Positions 1 to 10,212 of a stretch of 64,000 nt of DNA are shown here, one piece after another. A model generated the notes under the pieces. The model saw only the letters and a program-made list of their open reading frames with translations, searched no databases and was not told where the DNA came from. Position numbers and translations under genes: made by a program. The stretch covers positions 55,905 to 119,904 of the forward strand of contig QPMI01000644.1 of the NCBI GenBank assembly GCA_004431415.1, written 5' to 3'. How positions within the stretch are numbered: position 1 is the stretch's first letter; each line of letters starts with the position of its first letter. The DNA comes from Cyanophora paradoxa CCMP329 (taxonomy: Eukaryota; Plantae; Glaucophyta).

Positions 1-1713
1 GTGGAGCGGGACGAGAAGGGGTTATCGCTCCTGGAGGAGGTCGAGGTCGGCCCCAACGACGCCGAGGGCGCCAATGGTGAGCGCGCGCGAGCGCTGGATC
101 CTTATTCCGCGCGCCGCTCAGCGCCCCGCAGCCGAGGCGGGCCGGTGGGACGTGCTGAACCTGCCGACGGACTCGCCGGCCGTGCTGTGGGAGCTCAGCA
201 CGAGCATCACGGAGCTCGGGCTGCAGATCCAAGGCTGCAAGATCGAGTCCGAGGCGGGCGCGGGGCAGCCGGGCGGGCGCACGCGCGTGTACGTGGCGCC
301 CTCGAGGCGGCGCGGGCTGCGGGCGCGCCTCCTCGAGCGCGCGCGGGCGGCGCTGGCGCGGCGGCGCGAGTTGGACGCAGAGACGGGGCTGGAGGAGGGC
401 GCGGCCCTGCGCGAGTGCCTCTCGTGCAGCATATGCCTCGGCTCCGTGCGTCCCGCCCGGCGGCCCGGCCCGGCTCGAACCAGTTCCTGTAGCTGACCGG
501 TCGGACGGACGCCCCCTCCGCGTCAGATGCGGCGGCCGGTGGGCGTCGTGCCCTGCGCCCACGCCTTCGACGAGGCGTGCATCGTCTCCTGGACCCGCGC
601 CCGCGCCGCCCGCGGGCCCGCCCCGGAGTCCGACGGTGCGGGCCCCCCCCCCCGCCCCTGCGCCCCGCTTGCTGCTGCGGCTGATCGATATCTGGTTCCC
701 CTTGCTCGCCGGTAGTCCACAACAAGTGTCCGGTGCCAGCCTCTCTTTCCTTCTCTCCGCCATATCCGTTTCTAATGAGCTCGGCCGGGGCAGGTGTGCC
801 GGGGCCCGATCCGCGGCCTTGTGCCCAACCGCGTCCTGGGCGCCCTCGCCGAGCGATGCGCCCCCGCCTTCGGTGACGAGCCCTCCGCCCGGGGCGGCGC
901 CGGCGCCGGCGCCGGGGCCTCTGGGGCCGCTGGGGCCGCCGGGGCGGGTGCCGCTGCTGGCGACGCGGTCTCTATCGGGCCGCCCGGCCCCGCCGGCCCC
1001 GCCGGGTCCGAGGGTGCGCCAGCCCCCGTCCGTCCGTCCGTCCATTTCGTCTGATCTGATCTGATCTGATCTGAGCAGAGGACGTGGAGCACGTGTCGGT
1101 GCTGATCCGGAGCGGCGCCGTACCCGCCGACTTCTGGGACCCAGTGCGGCCGGGTCCCGGATCGGACCCCGGCTCACCCGCCCGCCCCGCCGCCCCCGCC
1201 GCCCCTACCTCCGCCCCCGTCGTCGGCATCCCCGTCGTCGCGTTTCCTGCCTTCCCGCCCCGGCCCCCGCCGCGGCCGCCGGCGCGCCCCAAGACCTGGC
1301 TCGAGGCGCGCGCGCCCCGCCGCGTTTCGACTCTTCTCACGGTTTCGCAGGAGGCCCGGGACGCGGTCTCGCGGTTCCTCTCGTCGGCGGCGGCGGCGCT
1401 CCGCACGGGCGTCGACGAGTCGGACCGCGAGCGCCACGCGGCGGCCGCCCACGCGCACGCAGCCGCCGCCCACGCGCACGCGGCGGGGTACTACCGCAAC
1501 GCGCCCTTCTCGGCGCACCACATCGCGGTGCTGCCGTACCCCGGCGCGCAGGACGACGGCGGCGACCCCGCGCGGGCCGCGCGGGCGGCCCCCGCGCGGG
1601 CCGCGGTCGCCGCCGCGCTCCCGCGTACCGCCCGCCCCGCGAGGACCGGTGGCGGCGGGCCTCGTCGGCGCTGCAGGGCGCCGGCTTCGCGGCCGCCCTC
1701 GCCGCCCTCATAG
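1..1713 (+). CDS. RING-finger protein (putative E3 ligase) with upstream ACT-like segment; multi-exon, 5' end outside window
   Basis: Spliced reading gives CSIC...VVPCAHAFDEAC...HNKCPVCR, including a 17-nt micro-exon at 716-732 flanked by ag/gt. It is preceded by TDSPAVLWELSTSITELGLQIQGCKIES. The 3' end is taken from ORF 1084..1713 and is uncertain. Confidence 0.7.
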
Positions 1714-1803
1714 CCTCGGCCGTCCTCGCCTCCACCGGCGGCGCCGAGCTCCGCGCCGTCGGTCCGCCCTCCGCCTCAGCTGTTTTTGGTCAGCCCTTCT
1801 CTG

Positions 1804-3131
1804 ATGATGAGCGCAGCGGCGGCTCTCGGAATCTTCGGCGGCATCCTGGTCCTCACGTCCACGGGCCGCTGCGTCACGCGGCTCCACCTCGCACGCCGCC
1901 CGAGGTACCTCAAGGCCCGCGTCGCCTCCTCCCTCCTCTCCGCCGCCTTCCTCGCCGCCGGCGGCTTCCTTCTTTCCGGTACCCCCTGAGCTCACCTGAG
2001 CCCAGTTCAGCCTATCTGAGCCTGCCTCAGACACGAGCCGGGAGCTGTGGCGCGGCTTCGGCGTGCTCCTCGTCGCCTACGGCTCCTCCCTCCTCGACGC
2101 CACGTTCTTCTGGTACCCCCCCCTCCCGCCCCTTCCCCCCCTTCCCTCGATCGACCGATCGCGCGGCAGGCTCCCGCCCCGCGTGGCGCGCACCGGCCTG
2201 CGCCGCAGCAACGAGCACATCGGGTTCCTCTTCTGCCTGGTGCGTGGAGCGCGCTTGGCCGCGCGCGCACCCGGGGCCGATCTGGGGCCGCGGCCGCCCA
2301 GGTGAACCTGGTGCCGCTGGGGGGCGTCCTCTGCGCGGCGGGCGCGGCGGCGGCGGCCGCGGCCGCCTCGGACGGGGAGCGGCCGATCCTGGCGGCGGGG
2401 CTGATCGCCCCGGGAGCCGTCCTCATCTGCGCCGTCGCCCTCGCCCTCGTCCTCTGGGGCGTCGCCCTCTTCCTAAAGTGCTGGTGCGCCTCGACCCACT
2501 CTAGCCTAGTCCTAGGCTTAGTCCTAGTTCTTGCCCTATGCCTAGCTTTAGGCCAAGGCCTAGGCCTCCGCCCCAGCCGTCCTCCTTAAGTCCTAGGGCC
2601 TAGACCTAGTCCTAGTCCTAGGTTTAGGCCTCCGCCCCGGCCTGTGCGCCCCGTAGGCCCGGCTCTTGAAACTGAAGCTTAGGTCGAGCCCTGAGGGGCG
2701 GGGCGGGGTGCGGCCCTTAAACTGAAGCTTAGCTTGAGCCCTGAGGGGCGGGCGGTGTGTGGCGGGGCGGCCTAGCTCTAGTCCTAGTCCTAGTCCTAGG
2801 CCTAGGCCAGGCCTCCGCCCGTGCCCTCCTCCTCAAGTGCTGGTGCGCCCCGGCCTAGTCCTGGGCCTAGGCCCAGTAGGCCCGGCCCTTAAACTGGAGC
2901 TTAGCTTGAGCCCTGAGGGGCGGGGCGGGGTGTGGCGGGCGGGTCAGCGCGCTCAAGCTAAGCTTCAGTTCAAGGGCCGGGCCTAGGCCTAGTCCTAGTC
3001 CTAGGCTTAGGCCAGGCCTCCGCCCCGACCCTTCAATTAACTGAAGCTTGCAATTGAGCGCGCTGACCCGCCCCGCCCCGCCCCGCCGCAGCTTCTGCAT
3101 AGGGTGCCTTCCCCGCCACTACAGGAGGTAG
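1804..3131 (+). CDS. Small multi-pass membrane protein of unknown function with Cys-rich C-terminus (..KCCFCIGCLPRHYRR*)
   Basis: Successive hydrophobic exons (ALGIFGGILVL; SSLLSAAFLAAGGFLL; GFGVLLVAYG; IGFLFCL-VNLVPLGGVL; VLICAVALALVLWGVALFL) join in frame across GT-AG introns. Last exon is 3092-3131. Confidence 0.6.
2484..3091. repeat. Expanded intron of degenerate tandem units (CTAGTC runs; AAACTGAAGCTTAGCTTGAGCCCTGAGGGGCGGG units)
   Basis: The unit recurs near 2669, 2720 and 2891. CTAGTC/CCTAGG runs occur at 2500-2630, 2773-2810 and 2983-3010. Confidence 0.8.
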
Positions 3132-3269
3132 CTGCAGCTCCTTCGAGCTCTAGCTAGATCTTTCAAGTTTGCTGCTCGTCTCATTTCAGAATCGATCTTG
3201 TAGAATGCACTAGACAAGCACACGTGGTACGCACTAGAAAAAGTACCCTAATACGATACAGAGGGAATA

Positions 3270-4663
3270 TTAATCGATTCGAATTCTGCATGCCTGTATC
3301 GTAGCTGCAAATGAAGGGGGCGGATCATCGGATGGGGCCCAGCCGAGCCTGTAGAATCGGGCCGAGCCCGCGCGCCCCTTAGAAGCCGGCCCAGACGGGA
3401 TGGCCATGGGATGGGATTTCATGGGCCGCCTCAGAAGGCCTTGACTTCGGGCCGGGCGCCCATCGGCTTCAGGAAGTGAGGCGCCGCGTGCCGCGGGGGG
3501 GACGGGGAGCCCCGCGCCGCCGCCGGCGGCAGGTGCCGCCCCGCCGGCTTCGAACTCGGAGCCGGGGCGGCCAGCGCCTCCTGCTGCGCCTGCTCCGAGC
3601 GGTGGGCCGGGCGGCGCGCGCGGGGGGTACGTGCACGCGGGGGGGGGGGGGGGTTGGCACCTGGTTGGACTGGGCGCGGGCGAGGGCCTGCGCGTAGAGG
3701 GCCTTGGCCGCGAAGCTCTTGGTCGGGGCGAGCAGCTTGGATGCGACGTCGCGGTCCGCGGCGTGATGGTGGTGCGGGGCGATGGCGGGGAAGTGGCCCT
3801 CGTCGTCAAGCTCGACCACGCGCTTCTTCATGTGAACCCGGCTCTTCTTGTACTCCGGGATCAGCAGCGCAACCTGCGTATGTACGGCGTAACCCAGGTC
3901 GGAACGGCGCGGCGGGCGGGCGGTGCACGGCCGAGGAGATCTAGAGCGCGGCGTGCGCACCGGCTGCCGCCCGACCTGCGTCCGGATCGCAGCCTTGAGG
4001 GGTCCCAGATCGACGAAGTTGAACTTGGGCCACATAGACGCCTGCCCCTGCGCCGGGGGCGTCGGCGCGGGAACTAACTTCAGCTTGGGGCCGCGGTCTC
4101 TCTGCGGGGCGAACCCTTTGGTTCTGGGCCGACGAGTCTATGTGGTATATCTGTCGAGGGTAGAGTAAGAAACCTCCGACATCAATGAAGAAAGGCAGGA
4201 AAAGGAATCAGAAGCGAGCGCGAGTAGAATACGCACCTGCTCCATGTGCTCTCGCCTGTCGTGGAACTGCTCGCGCATGTGCTTCGAATCCGCCGCGAGC
4301 TGAGAGCTCGCCGCATAGAGGTCGTTGAGCGCATCGTCGATTTTCTGCAGCCTGCGAGAGCAGACCAGTGAGCGGAGTCGGCAGCTAGTTCACGGGCCGG
4401 GGGGGGCGGGCCTCCGGATCGTCTTCGAGCGGGCGGGCATAAGCACGCCGGGAAGCTCCGGCGCGCTCTGCGTTTGTTCCCACTTCAGACCCTTGCTCTT
4501 GGATCTGCGCGCCGGGAGGATCAGACGAGGGCGCGCATCGCAGAGCCAGCTTTAGCTTCTCCGCGAACCGCGCCAGGCCGTGCGAGTTGGTGCGCTCGAT
4601 CCCGCTGTCAAAACCCTCATCTCCAGGCCTGAATTGAGCGATAGCAGGGCCGCCGAAACTCAT
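3270..4663 (-). CDS. Hypothetical protein, multi-exon, with short coiled-coil segment
   Basis: Protein-like exons MSFGGPAIAQF.., LQKIDDALNDLYAASSQLAADSKHMREQFHDRREHMEQ and MWPKFNFVDLGPLKAAIR..LLIPEYKKSRVHMKKRVVELDDEGHF, with plausible splice sites. No family recognised; stop position uncertain. Confidence 0.45.
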
Positions 4664-5000
4664 CTTCCCCAGCCAGCGAGAGCGTGCTCCGACTCCGTGT
4701 CGCCGAGCTGGTCACGGCTCGCAGCCGAGTCGCGATTTGCCACGTAGCTAACTGCAGTTTCCTCGATCTACCCGCGCGTGCACGCGGGCTCGATCCGGGC
4801 TCCGAAGGCTAATCTCGGTAGCACTGGCCGCGAAGCACCGCAATGGGGCGGGGATCTCGCTGGATGTGCCTGCAGGCCGCTGGCGTTATGCTGGGGCCGC
4901 GCCGATGCTTGAAACAAGCGCTAAAGAAGCGCAAAGGGAGCTAAAAGTTGAGAGTACTGTACCCGGGCTGCGCATCTGCGGGCGGCAAAGCGCGCGAATC

Positions 5001-7914
5001 ATGCACCAGCCAATTCACGAAGATGACCCTCCCTTTACGGGCGGAGTGCCGCCCGAGAACCCGCCTGCGCCGCCGGCAGAATCGTCAAGCAGCCTCGACC
5101 TGCGCTGGAAGCAATTTCAGTCGGCATTCGACCGCATACTCCGGTGCGCGCTCGCCAGCTGCTCGTCGCGCCCGCGCCCCGCTCGCACCCCCTGACTCAA
5201 ACCGAAGCGCCTCGCTCGGCTTTGATATCGACTTCGACCTGGACCCCGTGCCGCCGGAGGAGCGGCACTCCGTTCTCGACGGCGATGTGTCGCTGGACGG
5301 CATCGCGCGCAAGATCAAGGAGGGCGCATGTACGTAAGCGCGCGGCCCGGCCCGGGCGCGGCCGACGAGCCCGCGGCGCGCAGGCAAGAAGATCGTGGTG
5401 CTTAGTGGTGCCGGCATCAGTGTGAGCGCGGGCATACCAGGCGCGCACGCCCGGGCCCAACCGCCGAAACGCCCACCTAAGCCGGGAGGCGCGCGCAGAC
5501 TTCCGCTCGCCCGGGACGGGCCTGTACGACAACCTGCAGAAGTACAATCTGCCGTATCCTGCCGGGGACCGCCGCCGCGCCCGCGCTCGACCGCGGCGCC
5601 GCCGCCGCGCACGCGAAAGAACGCTGCCCCCTCGACCGGCGCGCCGTCGGCGCCGCGCACGCAGTTACCCGCAGGCGATCTTCGAGATGGGGTTCTTCCG
5701 CGAGAACCCCAAGCCCTTCTTCACGCTCGCCAAGGAGCTCTGGCCCGGCAACTTCAAGGCGAGCCCGCGCCCGGGCCCAAACAAATGACTAAAGATAAAC
5801 TAAGCCAACCTTTCGAGCAGCCGACGATCGCGCACTACTTCGTGAAGCTGCTCGCGAAGAAGGGCATTCTGCTCCGCAACTACACGCAGAACATCGACAC
5901 GCTGGAGCGATGCGCCGGCGCGCCCTCCCCTCACCTCACCTGACCCGGCCTCGCCTGACCCGACTCGGCCCCCTGGCACGCAGGCATCGAGGAGGAGCTG
6001 CTGGTGGAGGCGCACGGCTCGTTCGCGAGCTCGCGCTGCACCGTCTGCTCCGCCGACGTCGAGTCGAGCTTCGTGCAGGGCGCGCCCCGCCCCGCCCCGC
6101 CCCGCCCCGCCCCGCCCTCAGCAACCAAAAAACCAGCTATTCTTAGAATAAACTAGCTAAGATCGCAAGGAGAGCACGCCCCGCCATGCGCCGCCCCGTC
6201 CCCGCCCCGCGCCCGCCACGCCCACTCGGAGCCCTGAAGCTCGCGCCACCCGCCCCCGCCCCCGCCCCCGCCCCTGCCCCGCAGAGCGCATCTTCAAAGA
6301 CGAGGTACCCATGTGCGAGAAGTGCGGCGGTGTCGTCAAGGTGCGCCCCCCCCCCCTCCCTCCCCCCCCTCAACCCCGCTGTACCCCCCCTCCACTCCCC
6401 CCCCCTCTTCCCCCCCAGCCGAACATCGTGTTCTTCGGGGAGAGTCTCTGAGAGATATAGCCTAAGGTGGCCTAGAGTTAGAGAGATAGCCTAGAGATGT
6501 AAAGGGCCCGGGGTGTGGCAGTAGATTTAAGACTCTGCCATGTCGGGCAAGACTTGCTTGCACTGGGTGTCCTTTATCAACTCTAACCGTCCCCCCTTCA
6601 CTCCTTCACTTCCCTTCAATCCCCCTTCTGTCCTTTTTAATCAAATCTAACCTTCCCCCCTTCACTCCTTCACTTCCCTTCACTCCCCCTTCTGTCCTTT
6701 ATCAACTCTAACCGGCCCACTGTACCCCCTTCGTTCCTCCCCCTCTCCCCTTCACTCATCCCCCCCCCACCCCCCCACCCCAGCCGAACATCCTTTATCG
6801 TTCGGTGTCCTTTATCACCCCTTCCCCTTCCCCACCCCACCCATCCCGCTGTATCCCCCATCCACTCACCCCCCCCCCTCCTCCCCCTCAGCCGAACATC
6901 GTGTTCTTCGGGGAGAGCCTCCCGCACCGCTTCGGGGCGCTCCACAAGGAGGACCTCCCCGAATGCGACCTCCTCATCGGTTCGCATTCCGTCTGCTTGC
7001 TTTCTGCCTGTCTGTCTGAGAGCTTAGCTAGCTGGCTGGTTTCTTGGCTTTCTAGCTGAGCTAGCTTAGCTTTCTACTCATCGGTGGCCGCCCGCGCCCC
7101 GCCCCTTTCCCTCTGAGCGGAGCGGAGCTGAGCTAAATTAACTTTCTAAGCTTATAGGCTTTTAGGCTGAGCTATTTTAGCTATCTTAGCTTTTAGGCTT
7201 TAAGGCTGCATGCCCGCGCCCTGCTTCACTCCGTCTCTCTGCGAGCTCCCTTTCTGACCGCGGGCGGGCGGCGGGCGGGCGGCAGTGATGGGGACGAGCC
7301 TCAAGGTGCAGCCGTTCGCGGGCCTCATCGCCAAGTGCGGCCTCCGCGTGCCCCGCCTCCTCATCAACCGCGAGGAGGTCGGGCGCTTCATGGCCGGTGC
7401 GATACGATACGATGTGATACGATACGATACGATTTGATCTGATCTGAGTACAGGCGGCTTCGACTTCGGGAGCGAGGAGAACTACCGGGACGTACCCCTG
7501 CTCACGGACTGCGACTCGGGCGTGCTCGAGCTCTGCGACAAGCTGGGCTGGCGCGAAGAGCTGCTGGCGCTGGCCGCCGAGGGCGGCCTCTCCGCCCCGC
7601 CCGCCTTCGCCCTCTCCCCAGCCGCCTCCGCCGCCGCCGAGGCCCGGCGCGCCTCGGAGGCGCACGCGCACAAGGACGCGGCGGCGGCGGCGGCGGAGGC
7701 GGCGGAGGCGGCGGCGGCGGGCAAGGAGGAGGGCTGCGCCGACGCCGTCTATGGCGAAAACCTCGCCGAGCGCGAGCTGGAGGCATCCATCGCTCAGGTC
7801 AGATCTGAGGCGCCGCGCCAGGGCCGCTCAGATCAGATCAGATCTGATCTGACCCGCGATCCGACTCAGATCGACGACGAGGCCCCGCCCTCCCCCAAGG
7901 GGAACCACGCGTAG
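5001..7914 (+). CDS. SIRT2: NAD-dependent protein deacetylase, class I sirtuin (SIRT2/Hst2-like)
   Basis: Spliced motifs [54 protein letters not shown], Zn Cys pairs [37 protein letters not shown] and DCDSGV. Alternative start at 4907. Confidence 0.95.
6451..6539 (+). repeat. Short dispersed element, copy A (interrupted), in a SIRT2 intron
   Basis: ATAGCCTAAGGTGGCCTAG...GTGTGGCAGTAGATTTAAGACTCTGCC matches 15771-15823 (reverse complement) and 50529-50565. Confidence 0.7.
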
Positions 7915-8100
7915 GCCCCTCTCTGGCCTCCCGTCTCCCGCCCTTTCCTCCCCTCCGCGCCCCGGCCCGCCGCCTCTTCTGTAAGTACTAGTATGCATTG
8001 CTTTCCGATCCGCTCGCGTGAGTCGCGCCCGGCCGGCCGGCTGGGGGGTACTGTACAGTGGGTGGGAGGGTCGGGAGCGGAAGCGCGCGGGGCCCCTCCC

Positions 8101-9127
8101 TCACTTCTTGTCGCAGCCGCAGTCCTTGTCGGCCGGGGCGGCCTTGCCTGCGGCGGCGGATCCCGAGGAGGACGGGGCCTTGCCCGTGAGCGCGGCGGCG
8201 AGGACGGCCTGCGGGTCGGGGTGGTCGCCGAAGTGGGCCTGGCGGTGCGCGAAGATGACGCCCTGGCCGTACCCCCGACCCGCGCGGTCAGCCTGGAATT
8301 TGATCCGCGGGGAGCGAGGCGAGGCCGACCTCTGGGCCCAGGACGAAGGTGCCGCCGAGCTGCCAGCCGTCGCCGTCGACGTTCCCGTCGAACTCCTTTC
8401 CCTTCGCCCGGAAGATGCTCTGCCACACGTCCGGCCGCAGCATCCCCAGCCTGCCGCCCCGCGCACGCATCGGCGTCAGAGCGGCTGCTGCACGGAGACG
8501 ACGGGGGGCGTGCGCGCCATCCGGAGCGCTGCGTGCCGAGCGCTTTGTAGAGATCCTTCTCCTCGTCGAAGTAGAGCTCGCCCGCCCAGTAATTCCCCTG
8601 CGAATGCCGCGAGGCCGCTTCGAAGTCAGCTGCGCATGCAGCGGCGCGCGCGGCGCTCCCGCGTCCGCAGGAAGCAGCGGTGCACCTTCGCAAAATCCTC
8701 GTATCCGAGCTTCTCGTGCGCGACGGCGATCATCCTGACCCCCGCAGCGTCTGGGCGAGGGTCAGGGCCCGACCTCGGCGCATGCGGCGCGTGATCGTAC
8801 GCGCGGACCGAGCTGCGGCTTGATCTTGCTGAGATCGGCCGCGCCCTCTCTGCACAACAAGCACCCGAACCTCCTCAGGAGCGTCAGCACCACGCGCTGC
8901 GACGCCGCGGCCGCCTTGAGGTCCACTCTGCCGAACGACATGAGCCTCCCCGGCGACGCGCGCAGCGTCGATAAGGCGGCGCACGTCGTCTTCCCGTCGA
9001 AGCTCCGCACCAGAATCGGCGCCGCGCTGGAGATGTCGAACATGACCGCCGGAGCCGGGCGAAGGACCGTGGAGGCGAAGAAGGCCAGGGCCGCACCGCC
9101 GAGACCGAGCGGGACAAGCGGGTTCAT
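8101..9127 (-). CDS. PRXL2A: Peroxiredoxin-like 2A / FAM213A / SelU-family thioredoxin-fold protein (AhpC-TSA_2), Cys form, N-terminal hydrophobic anchor
   Basis: LRRFGCLLCREGAADLS (CxxC), GVRMIAVAHEKLG, GELYFDEEKDLYKALG, GNVDGDGWQLGGTFVLGP and HRQAHFGDH across about 6 exons. Confidence 0.88.
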
Positions 9128-9228
9128 GAGCGCAGCTCCTCGCACGCGTGTGAGCGCCACAGCGACGGCGTGCGGCTCGAGGACGGTACCCGGGCAACTG
9201 GGCAGCGTACCCGGCCGGAGAATCGATC

Positions 9229-9691
9229 ATGTTGTTCGTCGTCCAGACGCCAGCGGCGACGTCCTCGCGCGCTCCGGTGGCGATAAGAATACCGTCGGCC
9301 GCGACCCACGCGCTGGAATCAGCGCGCGCACCGGTGCCGTCCTCGTCTCACGCAGCAGCCCGCCAGCCGAGCGGTCACGTCGCATCGACGTTTTTCGGGA
9401 GGCAGGAGCTCGGCTGGGCTGCGGCGTCGCGCGAGTTTCTCGCGGCGACGCTCGCTGTGCGGCAGCCGGCGGCAGACAGCGCGCTCGGGCTCGCCATCGA
9501 GGCGGCAGCGAGCAGGAAGCGCGGCAAAGCACGGGAAGAGAAGAAAAAGAAGAGCTCCAGCGCCCCGCAGGCGGTCAGCGGAGGCGCGCCGGCAGCGGAC
9601 GGAGCACTGTCGCTGCCAGAGCGACGCGCGAAGGCGCCGAAGCCGAAGAAGCAGTCCAAGGAGCAGAAGAAGAACGAGGAGAGCCTGCTGA

Positions 9692-9722
<31 letters not shown>

Positions 9723-10134
9723 GCGGGCAGCGACGGAGGCGCGCAGGCGCTGCTGGAGGACGTGACGGCGGCCAAGGGCGAACGCCTCACGAAGAAGCAG
9801 GAGCAGCAGCGGGAGGCGCGCCGGCTCATCAACGTCTCCGTCGTTATATGCTCCGCCCTCTTCGCCCTCGTGTACGCACGCCACACGCCGGCGCTTCGGA
9901 TTTTTCCGCACAGCGCCGCTGAGCGCGGGCGCTGTCCGCAGGGCGCTGTCCGGCGGCGTGCACCGCGCGGGCGACAAGGTGGAGGAGGACGCTAGCGGCG
10001 CGAAGAAGCCGGCGGCGGAGCAGCCGGCGAAGCCCGCGCCGGCGGCGCCGGCGGCGGTTGAGATCCCGGCGGTGCCCGCGGCGCCCGTGAGCGCGCCGGC
10101 GGACATCAGCATCGACATCCCCGCCCTCCCGTAG
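9229..10134 (+). CDS. Hypothetical single-pass membrane protein with plastid transit-peptide-like leader
   Basis: MLFVVQTPAATSSRAPVA..STFFG leader is Ala/Ser/Arg-rich and acid-poor. It is followed by a Lys-rich segment, TM INVSVVICSALFALV and a Pro/Ala tail ending DISIDIPALP*. Three short introns. Confidence 0.6.
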
Positions 10135-10212
10135 ACAGCCGCCGGCGCCGTGCCCTCAAACCAAACTTGGACACGTGCACAGCAAGGGCGCGTGCCGCTC
10201 GGCAGGCTACAC

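Noticed and set aside
8845-8885. Possible selenoprotein (SelU family) with in-frame TGA
   Set aside because: The redox motif is encoded as ordinary Cys codons (CLLC); no UGA readthrough is needed.
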